Program-made: the position numbers and the translations under genes
Notes under the pieces: generated by a model
The model's database searches: none
Told to the model about the DNA's origin: nothing
The model's input: the letters and a program-made list of their open reading frames with translations, nothing else
Source of the DNA: Gemmata obscuriglobus
GTDB taxonomy: Bacteria; Planctomycetota; Planctomycetia; Gemmatales; Gemmataceae
NCBI RefSeq assembly: GCF_008065095.1
Contig: NZ_CP042911.1
Span: 7,800,001-7,832,000, forward strand
Reading direction: 5' to 3'
Length of the DNA: 32,000 nt
Part shown: piece by piece, positions 1 to 7,120 of the stretch
Layout of the letters: the number at the start of each line of letters is the position of its first letter
Numbering within the stretch: the stretch's first letter is position 1

Positions 1-932
1 TACGCCCCCTTCACCAGCCGGATCCAGACCGGGCACTTGCGAACGTCCCGCGCCCACGCGAGCAGCGCGTGGAGGTCCGCCTCGGTGTCCGTCAGGTACG
101 CCTGGATCGCGATGCCGACGTGCGGCCAGTCGCGGAACTCGGGCTCGGTCAGGATGTCGCGGAAGATCTGGAGCGTCACGTCCTTGAAGCTGTGCTGCTC
201 CATGTCGAAGTTGACGAACGCGCCCGTCTGCTTCGCGAGGCTCAAAATGGGCCGCAGCCGCCGGCACACGGCGCGGGACGTGCCCGCGGGGTCGATCGGG
301 TCGAACTGGCTGAACAGCGCCGAGAGCTTCACCGACACGTTCACCCGCGGGATCGGGCCGCGGTCGTCGCGGTCGATCGTCGGCTCCTCGGGCCAGTCGT
401 TCACCTCGCGGGTGAGCCCGGCGAGCAGGTCTAGGTACTGCTTCTGGACGTGGTCCGCCTCGACCTCCGTGATCGTGGCCTCGCCGAGCAGGTCGATGGT
501 GAACGCGAGCCGCCGGGTGCGCATCTGGTGGACCGCGGCGACGGCCTCCTGCACGTTGGACCCGGCGATGAACTTGCGGGCCATCTGCTCCGCGCCCTTC
601 TGCGACGCGAACGCCAACCCCTGACCCAGAATCCCCCTATCGGGAATCAGCTTCGTGCCCAATCGCACCCACCACGGCAGCTCGTCCTTGGCCTCGTTGA
701 GGTACTCGCGGAGGTGCCGGGCCACCTCCTTCGGCTCCTTGAGGTACGGGAGCGTGTCCACGAACCGGAAGAGCTGCACCTTGAGCGCCGGGTCGTGCAT
801 CCCCAGGCCCATGAGCTTGTCTTCGACCCACGCGCGGGTGAACAGCACCGGCCCCTGCCGGTTCAGCCGGGCGAAGATCTCGCGCCCGTACTCTTTGGTT
901 CGCTCATCGAGGCTCGTAACCGTAGACGACAT
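1..932 (-). CDS. putA: Proline dehydrogenase / PutA-type bifunctional enzyme, N-terminal part (rest of gene lies beyond window start)
   Basis: Absent from the ORF track because it has no stop inside the window. The reverse complement from 932 reads ATG TCG TCT ACG..., giving MSSTVTSLDERTKEYGREIFARLNRQGPVLFTRAWVEDKLMGLGMHDPALKVQLFRFVDTLPYLKEPKEVARHLREYL... The frame is open to position 1 and uses GC3-rich codons. The KVQLFRFVD-LP region and the N-terminal layout match PutA/proline dehydrogenase family proteins, from memory. Confidence 0.75.
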   Translation of the reverse strand, partial: MSSTVTSLDERTKEYGREIFARLNRQGPVLFTRAWVEDKLMGLGMHDPALKVQLFRFVDTLPYLKEPKEVARHLREYLNEAKDELPWWVRLGTKLIPDRGILGQGLAFASQKGAEQMARKFIAGSNVQEAVAAVHQMRTRRLAFTIDLLGEATITEVEADHVQKQYLDLLAGLTREVNDWPEEPTIDRDDRGPIPRVNVSVKLSALFSQFDPIDPAGTSRAVCRRLRPILSLAKQTGAFVNFDMEQHSFKDVTLQIFRDILTEPEFRDWPHVGIAIQAYLTDTEADLHALLAWARDVRKCPVWIRLVKGA

Positions 933-1025
933 GGTGACTCACTCTCGGGCACCGGCGCGGCTCGCCAACTTGGATCAAATAAGGTACGATTCACCGGACC
1001 TCCCGCTCACCCGTTCGGTGCCCCA

Positions 1026-1883
1026 ATGGTGATCGACAAGATCGGCAAGTTCACCGTACTCAACACGCTCGGCAGCGGTGCCCACAGCAGCATTTTACAA
1101 ATCCGCCGGGCGGACGATGACCGCGAGTACGCGCTCAAGCTCGTCGACATCGGCGGGAAGGAGGACCTGAAGTACCTGGACCAGGCGAAACACGAGTTCC
1201 GCGTGGGGCAGATGCTCAATCATCCCAATCTAGTGAAGGTGTACGCCCTCGAAACCGAGGGCGGGTGGTTCTCCGGCCCGAAAAAGGCCAAGCTCCTGAT
1301 CGAATACGTTCCGGGGCGGACGATGGACCGCCTGCCCCTGCTCAAAATGGCGAAACTGCTGCGCGTGCTGGAGCGGATCGCGGACGGGCTCACCCACATG
1401 CACAAACAGGGCGTGTGCCACGCCGACATGAAGCCGAACAACCTCATGTACGACCGCGGCACCCGGGTGAAGGTGCTCGACTACGGGCTGGCGTGGGTGC
1501 GGGGCGAGAGCAAGGACCGGGTTCAGGGCACGCCCGAGTACATCGCGCCCGAAACGGTGGAGCACAAGCTCGTCAACGAGCGCACGGACATTTACAACTT
1601 CGGCGCGACGATGTACCGGCTCGCGACGCTGCAGCTCCCGCCGTCGTGGTTCGCCGGGGACGGCATGCTGCCGATGACCAAGAAGCTGTTCAAGGAGCAG
1701 CTCAAGCCGGTGCGGGCCGCGAACCCGTTGGTCCCGGAGGGGCTGGCCGACCTGATCCACCAGTGCCTCCAGCCGAACGCGACCAAGCGCCCGGAGCGCA
1801 TGAGCCACGTGCAGGGCACGCTCGACCAGCTCGCCGACGAGGCCGCCGCCAAGCTCGACGACCCGGGCGTACTGGAGGAATAA
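1026..1883 (+). CDS. Serine/threonine protein kinase, kinase domain only (non-RD type)
   Basis: Same frame as track ORF 450..1883. The first 192 codons are an R/P/G-rich shadow over the antisense putA gene. The first plausible start is ATG 1026 (MVIDKIGKFTV...). Hanks kinase motifs read directly: Gly loop LGSGAHSS, beta3 Lys in YALKLV, catalytic loop CHADMKPNN, DYG in place of DFG, GTPEYIAPE. 285 aa. Confidence 0.85.
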   Translation: MVIDKIGKFTVLNTLGSGAHSSILQIRRADDDREYALKLVDIGGKEDLKYLDQAKHEFRVGQMLNHPNLVKVYALETEGGWFSGPKKAKLLIEYVPGRTMDRLPLLKMAKLLRVLERIADGLTHMHKQGVCHADMKPNNLMYDRGTRVKVLDYGLAWVRGESKDRVQGTPEYIAPETVEHKLVNERTDIYNFGATMYRLATLQLPPSWFAGDGMLPMTKKLFKEQLKPVRAANPLVPEGLADLIHQCLQPNATKRPERMSHVQGTLDQLADEAAAKLDDPGVLEE

Positions 1884-1884
1884 G

Positions 1885-1971
1885 GCAAAAGTGAGAAGGC
1901 AAAAGTCAAAATCGGACCGGTGAACCGACTCGCTGCTGTGCCCGTTTTGCCTTTCGCCTTTTCACTTTTGC
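1885..1971. repeat. Imperfect palindrome (27-nt arms, 24/27 complementary, 33-nt spacer) between the kinase stop and the next start codon
   Basis: Arm 1 is 1885-1911, gcaaaagtgagaaggcaaaagtcaaaa. Arm 2 is 1945-1971, whose reverse complement is gcaaaagtgaaaaggcgaaaggcaaaa. Arm 1 contains AAGGCAAAAGT twice. The element is locally A/T-rich relative to the flanking genes and ends 8 nt before ATG 1979. Confidence 0.8.
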
Positions 1972-1978
1972 TTTTTTG

Positions 1979-3211
1979 ATGATGAAAGAGCACTACATCC
2001 CGATCCGCGTGGCCGACCTCGTCGGCTACCTGTGCGAGGAGGCCGGGCCGCTCGGCGACCGGCCGCTTTCGGCCGAACAGCGGGCCGCGTTCACCCGGTT
2101 CGCGCGCACGGTGTCGGAGCACGTCCACACGCTGTACCTGGCCGAGATCCGCCGGCTCAAGGACGCCTACGCCGCGTTCGACCCCGACGCGGACCCCAGG
2201 CCGCTCAGCCCGCCGCAGGGTGCGGAGCGCGCCGCGGCCCTCGACCGCCTGTTCGACACGCTCGTTCACCTGATGCGGCGGGCCAACTACATCCGGCTCA
2301 CCCGCGACCAGATGGAGGGCATCATGCGCGGGGCGAGCGCGTGGGGCGTGGACATGGACGTGGCCTGGGAGGCGTTCGACAAGGTCGAGGTGTTCTACCG
2401 GGGCCGGGGCACGACCACGCGGCAGCGGCCCGGGCTGGTCCGGTTCTGGCGCCGGTTCCCGGTGGAGGTGGCCACGTTCGCCCGCGCCGCGGTGGTGTTC
2501 AAGACGCGCCCGCACAAGCGGCTGGACGAGGGCACCGACCACGCCGGCGTCTACATGAAGCTGTTCAAGGACATGCCGCAGATCGACATCGAGATGCTGC
2601 TGCCCGGCGGGCGCATCCGGATGCCCCGGTTCGACCGGCTCAAGATCGGCGGGTCGCTCGCCAGCTCGGGCGCGTACCTGCTGTGGAAGCTGAGCCAGTT
2701 CCCGCTGATGTCGCTGCTGGGCGGGTTCGGGGTGAACGTGCTGGTCGCGCTGTACACCCCGCTGGCGCTGCTCGCCGGGTACGGGTACAAGACGTGGCAC
2801 GCGTTCCACTCGTCGCGGCAGACGTACCTGCACCAGTTGCGGCAGAGCCTGTTCTACCAGAACCTCGCGAACAACGGCAGCGTGCTGTTCCGCGCGCTCG
2901 ACGAGGCCGAGGAGCAGGAGGTGCGCGAGTCGCTGCTCGCGTACTTCTTCCTCTGGAAGTACGGCGGGGACCGGGGCTGGGGCACGGAAGACCTGGACTT
3001 CTACATCGAGCGCGACCTGAAGAAGCGGCTCCCGGCGGAGGTGAACTTCGAGATCATCGACGCGCTCGCGAAGCTCATGCGGGCCGGGCTCGTGGTGAAG
3101 CGGGACCACCGGTACGTGGCGATACCGATCGAGCAGGCGCAGACCAAGCTGACCGCCATGTGGCAGGGCTACGCGCACACCGACCCGCGGCATTTGCTCC
3201 CGGGTGAGTAG
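1979..3211 (+). CDS. Membrane protein, DUF3754/TMEM143-like (tentative)
   Basis: The track ORF 1976..3211 starts at TTG. ATG codons occur at 1979 and 1982. 410 aa with GC3-rich codons. A soluble N-terminal half ([17 protein letters not shown]...) is followed by two hydrophobic segments ([15 protein letters not shown] and [25 protein letters not shown]) and a soluble C-terminal region. The family call is from memory of DUF3754 architecture only. Confidence 0.5.
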   Translation: MMKEHYIPIRVADLVGYLCEEAGPLGDRPLSAEQRAAFTRFARTVSEHVHTLYLAEIRRLKDAYAAFDPDADPRPLSPPQGAERAAALDRLFDTLVHLMRRANYIRLTRDQMEGIMRGASAWGVDMDVAWEAFDKVEVFYRGRGTTTRQRPGLVRFWRRFPVEVATFARAAVVFKTRPHKRLDEGTDHAGVYMKLFKDMPQIDIEMLLPGGRIRMPRFDRLKIGGSLASSGAYLLWKLSQFPLMSLLGGFGVNVLVALYTPLALLAGYGYKTWHAFHSSRQTYLHQLRQSLFYQNLANNGSVLFRALDEAEEQEVRESLLAYFFLWKYGGDRGWGTEDLDFYIERDLKKRLPAEVNFEIIDALAKLMRAGLVVKRDHRYVAIPIEQAQTKLTAMWQGYAHTDPRHLLPGE

Positions 3212-3214
3212 AAC

Positions 3215-3357
3215 GAAGAAGAGGATTGGCCGCAAAAAAGCACAAAGGGCACAAAAGGAAACCAAGACAGAAGAGTGAGTTCAGAAGCACTGCTCTGGCT
3301 TTCGTTTTGGTTCTCTTTTGTGCCCTTTGTGCTTTTTTGTGGCCAATCTTCTTCCTC
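3215..3357. repeat. Long imperfect palindrome (51-nt arms, 46/51 complementary, 41-nt spacer)
   Basis: Arm 1 is 3215-3265, gaagaagaggattggccgcaaaaaagcacaaagggcacaaaaggaaaccaa. The reverse complement of arm 2 (3307-3357) is gaggaagaagattggccacaaaaaagcacaaagggcacaaaagagaaccaa. Internal tandem motif GCACAAAG / GGCACAAAAG. It begins 4 nt after the stop of the upstream gene. Confidence 0.85.
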
Positions 3358-3380
3358 TTTCTTGGTCGCCGAGGTGCGTT

Positions 3381-4496
3381 GTGATTTCCGAGTCGCTGTT
3401 GGCGGACCGCGCGCGGGCGGTCGAGGTGTCCGGTGTGCGGAAGATTTTTGAGCTGGGCAAGTCGCTCAAGAGCCCGGTGAACCTCAGCATCGGGCAGCCG
3501 CACTTCCCGGTGCCCGACCCCATCAAGGCCGCCGCGAAGGCCGCCATCGACGCGGACCACAACGGGTACACCGTCACCCAGGGCATCCCCGAACTGCTCG
3601 CGCGGCTGCGGGCCGACCTGCACCAGCGGTTCCCGGGGCAGGACCGCGACGTGCTCGCCACGAGCGGCACCAGCGGCGGGCTGCTGCTCGCGCTCCTGGC
3701 GGTCGTGAACCCCGGCGACGAGGTGATCACCGCCGACCCGTACTTCGTGGCGTACCCGAACATGGTCGCGCTCGCGGGCGGGAAGCTGGTTACGGTCGAT
3801 ACGTACCCGGACTTCCGGCTCGACCTCGCGCAGATCGAGGCGGCGGTGACCCCGCGGACCAAGGTCATCTTGCTGTCCACGCCGTCGAACCCGACCGGCG
3901 CCGTGCTCGACGCCGACGCCCAGAAGGCGCTCGCGCAGTTCGCCCGCGACCGCGGCATCCTGCTGATCAGCGACGAGATCTATCGCGCGTTCCATTACGA
4001 CGGGCCGGCCCACTCGCCCGCCGAGTTCGACCCCAACGTCCTCGTGATCGAAGGGTTCGGCAAAACGTACGGTGTTACGGGGTGGCGGCTCGGCTGGGCG
4101 CACGGCCCGAAGTGGCTGGTTCAGGAGATGGCGAAGCTCCAGCAGTGTACGTTCGTGTGCGCGCCGAGCGTCGTGCAGTGGGGCGGCGTCGCGGCGATGG
4201 ACTACGACGTTTCCGGCATCGTCGCCGACTACCGGCGCAAGCGGGACCAGCTCGTCGCGGCACTCAAAGGCGCGTTCGAGTTCGCGGTGCCGGGCGGGGC
4301 GTTCTACCTGTACCCGAAGGCGCCCTGGGGGACCGGCACCGAGTTCGTCACGGAAGCCGTGAAACACAACCTGCTCGTGATCCCGGGCGGCGTGTTCAGC
4401 GCACGCGACACGCACTTCCGCGTGTCCTACGCCGCTTCCGACGACACCCTCGCCCGCGGCATCGACATCCTTCTGGAGCTGGCAAAACGGAAGTGA
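3381..4496 (+). CDS. Pyridoxal-phosphate-dependent aminotransferase, class I/II
   Basis: Same frame as track ORF 3318..4496, but its first 21 codons (MCPLCFFVANLL...) lie inside the palindrome 3215-3357. GTG 3381 (VISESLLADRARAVEVSGVRKIFEL...) is the more plausible start. Motifs read: TSGTSGG, STPSNPTG, and the PLP-lysine context GFGKTYGVTGWRLGW (SxSK-type). Confidence 0.85.
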   Translation: MISESLLADRARAVEVSGVRKIFELGKSLKSPVNLSIGQPHFPVPDPIKAAAKAAIDADHNGYTVTQGIPELLARLRADLHQRFPGQDRDVLATSGTSGGLLLALLAVVNPGDEVITADPYFVAYPNMVALAGGKLVTVDTYPDFRLDLAQIEAAVTPRTKVILLSTPSNPTGAVLDADAQKALAQFARDRGILLISDEIYRAFHYDGPAHSPAEFDPNVLVIEGFGKTYGVTGWRLGWAHGPKWLVQEMAKLQQCTFVCAPSVVQWGGVAAMDYDVSGIVADYRRKRDQLVAALKGAFEFAVPGGAFYLYPKAPWGTGTEFVTEAVKHNLLVIPGGVFSARDTHFRVSYAASDDTLARGIDILLELAKRK

Positions 4497-4530
4497 TGTC
4501 GCTGGCGTTTTGGGGATGAGCTACCTCTAT

Positions 4531-4550
4531 CCCCACCCGGAGTGGTGGGG
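4531..4550 (+). terminator. Short GC hairpin downstream of the aminotransferase
   Basis: ccccacc (4531-4537), loop cggagt, ggtgggg (4544-4550). Perfect 7-bp stem 35 nt after the stop. No U-tract follows, so function as an intrinsic terminator is uncertain. Confidence 0.35.
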
Positions 4551-4717
4551 ACGCGCCACGGAATAATTGGAAGTCGCAAAAGAAGTGTGCCCGGCTGACG
4601 AACGGCAGCGAATGGGACGGTTGCGCGTAACGGGGCAACACCATGAGCACGGCCGAAGAGGCGGCCGGTACGAGGCGAGGGCGTGTAGCGCCAAAACTCG
4701 ATCGGGTAGCCCAGCAG

Positions 4718-4798
4718 ATTTTGACAGGATCTACAGGATAGGCAGGATTTTGGGCTGATCTGTCTTCATCCGGTGGATCCTGTTCATCCTGTCAAAAT
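4718..4798. repeat. Palindromic element built from 9-nt units ending CAGGAT
   Basis: attttgacaggat (4718-4730) pairs perfectly with atcctgtcaaaat (4786-4798). Inside, ctacaggat and aggcaggat are mirrored by atccggtgg and atcctgttc. It lies in the convergent intergenic region 4497-4924. Confidence 0.8.
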
Positions 4799-4850
4799 TC
4801 TCTTCGTAAATTCCATTTTGCTCTTACCAACTTAGATCATTGTGAAACAT

Positions 4851-4896
4851 ACATTCTGGCCTGTGCGATCTTCTCGCGCCGCACAGACCGGAATGT
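4851..4896 (-). terminator. 17-nt-arm hairpin downstream of the minus-strand two-gene operon
   Basis: acattctggcctgtgcg (4851-4867) against cgcacagaccggaatgt (4880-4896). 15 Watson-Crick pairs, one G-U and one mismatch, with a 12-nt loop. It lies 28 nt beyond the stop of CDS 4925..5401 on the minus strand. No clear U-tract. Confidence 0.4.
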
Positions 4897-4924
4897 CTGT
4901 GCCACAAAGACAAAAACCAATCGT

Positions 4925-5401
4925 CTACAGGTGGTCTGGCAACGGCTGCAACTCGGGAAAGGCGTTCACGGTCTGATCGGGCGTGTGGTTGAACACGACC
5001 CGCCCGGCGGTGTGCCAGTTCCCCTGATGGAAGCTGAACACGGCGGTGGCCGGGCGCGGCTCCTTCGCCGCCGGCACGTCCTCCATGTCGCCCCCCTCGA
5101 CGGGCGCGAAATCAATCCGCACCGGCACCAGCGCGACGATCGCGCCGGTGGCCGTGTCGCGCACCAGAACCGCGTCGCCGGTGATGGCGCACTTCACCCA
5201 GCGCAGCCCCCGGGGCAGTCCGGAGGCGCCGGCGGCCTTCAACAACTGCTCCTCGAACCGCTCGTGCTGGAGCCGGAACAGCTCGCGGCACCGCTCGACG
5301 TGGACCGCCCGCCCGAGGTGCCAGAGCCAGCGCACCCCGAGCGCGACGAGCGCCACGACGCCCAGGCCGCCGGCCAACCACCACATGCTCGCTGGGTCCA
5401 T
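4925..5401 (-). CDS. Small membrane-anchored hypothetical protein (one N-terminal TM helix)
   Basis: Same frame as track ORF 4925..5539. The listed N-terminus would overlap the upstream gene by over 130 nt. ATG at 5401 (MDPASMWWLAGGLGVVALVALGVRWLW...) sits 4 nt after the upstream stop (TAG 5408-5406), indicating an operon. 158 aa. No family recognised. Confidence 0.6.
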   Translation of the reverse strand: MDPASMWWLAGGLGVVALVALGVRWLWHLGRAVHVERCRELFRLQHERFEEQLLKAAGASGLPRGLRWVKCAITGDAVLVRDTATGAIVALVPVRIDFAPVEGGDMEDVPAAKEPRPATAVFSFHQGNWHTAGRVVFNHTPDQTVNAFPELQPLPDHL

Positions 5402-5405
5402 CGCG

Positions 5406-6764
5406 CTACCTCGCGAAAATCCCGATCCGGTCCCGGCGGAGCAGGGGGATGGCCCTGAGCGCCCGCTCGGTCTGCGCGCCGTGGTGGCTCCGCGGGAACG
5501 CCCGCCGCGGGTCGCTCGCGTCGGTGATCTGCTCGGCACTCAAGCCGGCCGCGAGGTCGGCGGCGATTGCGTTGTAGTCGGCCCGCACCTGGCCGCCGTT
5601 CACCATGCCGGTGCCGGTGTTGCCGGGAAAGGCGAGCGCCGCCGCGACACACAGCGTGATCGGCACCCATTTCTTACCGGCCTTCGCCCACACGAGGTAC
5701 GCGGCGCCGAGCAGCGGCCACGTGAGCATCGAGTAACGGGACCACAGCCCCATGTCTTCCCAGCCCTCGAACCCGGCGCGCCCGACCCCGATCGCCAGCG
5801 CCACACCCGTCACCCCGGCCGCGACCGCGATCAGCCCCGCGCCCGAGAGCCTCTGATCCGGCTCCTTCCACCCGCGGAGCACCCGTGCGAGCGTGAGCAC
5901 GCCGACCGCGATCACCCCGCCGGCCACGAGCGGCCACACCGCACCGAGGCCCATCCCGAGCGACATCGCGAGCACCTCGCCGGTCACGGTGGCGACCCGC
6001 ACCGCGTCGGTACTGGGCGGCGGGTGGTGTTCGGGACGGTGGTATCCCTGAAAATACGCCGCGACGTACACAACCGGCAGCGCCGTCAGCGCCAGGAGGA
6101 GAATCGCCTTCCCCTTCTCACCACCTCGCCACAGCGAGACGGCGACGAACACGAGCCACGCGCCCACGGGCGGCACGAGCACCAATCCCGACCCGTTGGT
6201 CAGTGCGAGCAGCATCAGGAGCAGCGCCGCCAGCGCCCCGAGCCGGAACGCGTTCGCGCGGGTGATCCGCAACGCGACGACCGCGAGCAGGGTTGAGAGG
6301 GTTGCGAACAGTACGAAACACACCTGGTAGCCCATCACGAAGTTTTCCCAGTGCCCGATGTGCAGCAGCGAGACGGGAAAGAACGCGTCGGCCCAGTGCG
6401 GGCGGCCGCGCAACTGCCCTGCGAGCCGCATCAGCCCGAGCGCGAGGGCCGAGAGCATCGCAATCTGGAGGAACATCCCGGTGCGGAAGTCGTGCGTGAG
6501 CTTGAAGTAAATGAGGACCACGAGCCGCGGGAGCGGCATCCGGTGTTCGTTGTGCTGCCGCCAGAGCCACTCGCCGGCAGGTTCGTCGCCCAGCAGTGCG
6601 GGTACGAACTCCCACTCGTCGGCATAGGGGGCGTTCGTGCCGATCGTCGCGACGAACGCCAGCGCGGCGAGCGTCAGCACGGCCCAGACGGCCAGCAGCA
6701 CGCGACGGAGCGGCCGGTGCGCTTCGCTTGTCGCGGGGGGCGGTGGTGCGTAAGTTTGAGACAT
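5406..6764 (-). CDS. Polytopic integral membrane protein, possibly a GT-C-fold glycosyltransferase
   Basis: 452 aa with roughly ten or more hydrophobic segments. After the first TM there is an acidic loop motif, NAPYADEWEF, comparable to the D/E-containing first-loop signature of ArnT/PMT-type GT-C enzymes. The function call is inference only. Confidence 0.45.
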   Translation of the reverse strand: MSQTYAPPPPATSEAHRPLRRVLLAVWAVLTLAALAFVATIGTNAPYADEWEFVPALLGDEPAGEWLWRQHNEHRMPLPRLVVLIYFKLTHDFRTGMFLQIAMLSALALGLMRLAGQLRGRPHWADAFFPVSLLHIGHWENFVMGYQVCFVLFATLSTLLAVVALRITRANAFRLGALAALLLMLLALTNGSGLVLVPPVGAWLVFVAVSLWRGGEKGKAILLLALTALPVVYVAAYFQGYHRPEHHPPPSTDAVRVATVTGEVLAMSLGMGLGAVWPLVAGGVIAVGVLTLARVLRGWKEPDQRLSGAGLIAVAAGVTGVALAIGVGRAGFEGWEDMGLWSRYSMLTWPLLGAAYLVWAKAGKKWVPITLCVAAALAFPGNTGTGMVNGGQVRADYNAIAADLAAGLSAEQITDASDPRRAFPRSHHGAQTERALRAIPLLRRDRIGIFAR

Positions 6765-6850
6765 CGCGTCCGTATTTGGAGCGGCCGTGAAGCAGCGCTT
6801 CGCTGCGCCAGGCCGCGAGACACGCCGCGCGTTCTTTTCAGGGGCAGTAT

Positions 6851-7021
6851 ATGGTCGAGCGTCGCATCGAATTGGATCGGCGGTACAGCCGCAAGAAGAA
6901 GATGAAGAAGCTGAAGGCGAAGCTGGAGACCGCGACCGGCGAGGCCCGCGAGAAGATCCTGTACAAGATCAAGCGCCACAGCCCGCTGTGGAAGCCGACC
7001 CCCAAGCCGGAAGGGCAGTGA
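6851..7021 (+). CDS. Small basic protein, 56 aa (below the ORF-track length cut-off)
   Basis: ATG 6851 to TGA 7019-7021, giving MVERRIELDRRYSRKKKMKKLKAKLETATGEAREKILYKIKRHSPLWKPTPKPEGQ. Nearly every codon ends in G/C (aag, ctg, gag, cgc, atc), matching the codon bias of neighbouring genes. It is divergent from gene 5406..6764 and is followed within 12 nt by the palindrome 7033-7120. Confidence 0.55.
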   Translation: MVERRIELDRRYSRKKKMKKLKAKLETATGEAREKILYKIKRHSPLWKPTPKPEGQ

Positions 7022-7032
7022 TCGGCCGGCCG

Positions 7033-7120
7033 GTCGCAAGTCCCAGGTCTGTAAGTCTCAGGTCCGCAGGTCGTAAAGTCAGCAGTCGACTTTACGACCT
7101 GCGGACCTGAGACTTGCGAC
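7033..7120. terminator. Bidirectional hairpin element between the convergent small ORF and aroA
   Basis: 7051-7080, gtaagtctcaggtccgcaggtcgtaaagtc, pairs with 7088-7117 (29/30) around the 7-nt loop agcagtc. The upstream segment gtcgcaagtcccaggtc (7033-7049) is a partial tandem copy of the arm. tcgcaagtc (7034-7042) is complementary to gacttgcga (7111-7119). The element ends 1 nt before the aroA stop codon. Confidence 0.7.

Noticed and set aside
450-1025. N-terminal 192-codon extension of the kinase ORF. The same problem affects ORFs 12742..15375, 15732..16598, 18803..20461, 20520..21923, 23628..25886, 24674..26119, 27901..28740 and 28581..29948.
   Set aside because: In each case the extension overlaps an adjacent, well-supported gene out of frame or antisense, and is Arg/Pro/Gly-rich. 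An internal start gives a canonical N-terminus (a signal peptide, a TM, a family-typical first residues, or ATGA/GTGA stop-start coupling).
1592-3265. 557-aa minus-strand ORF spanning the kinase 3' end and the whole DUF3754-like gene
   Set aside because: It is an antisense shadow ORF typical of high-GC DNA. The composition is R/P/G/A/V-rich and low-complexity, with no recognisable motifs. It runs through two palindromic elements. The + strand genes carry real kinase motifs and TM segments.
3075-4415. 446-aa minus-strand ORF opposite the aminotransferase
   Set aside because: It is antisense to a gene with clear PLP-aminotransferase motifs. The translation is Arg/Pro/Gly-rich with no domain features and includes the palindrome-derived KKAQRAQKRTKTKA string.
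5046-6296. 416-aa + strand ORF over the membrane-protein operon
   Set aside because: It is antisense to a gene with about ten clear TM segments. The translation is dominated by R, P, G, H and E with no hydrophobic core or motifs.
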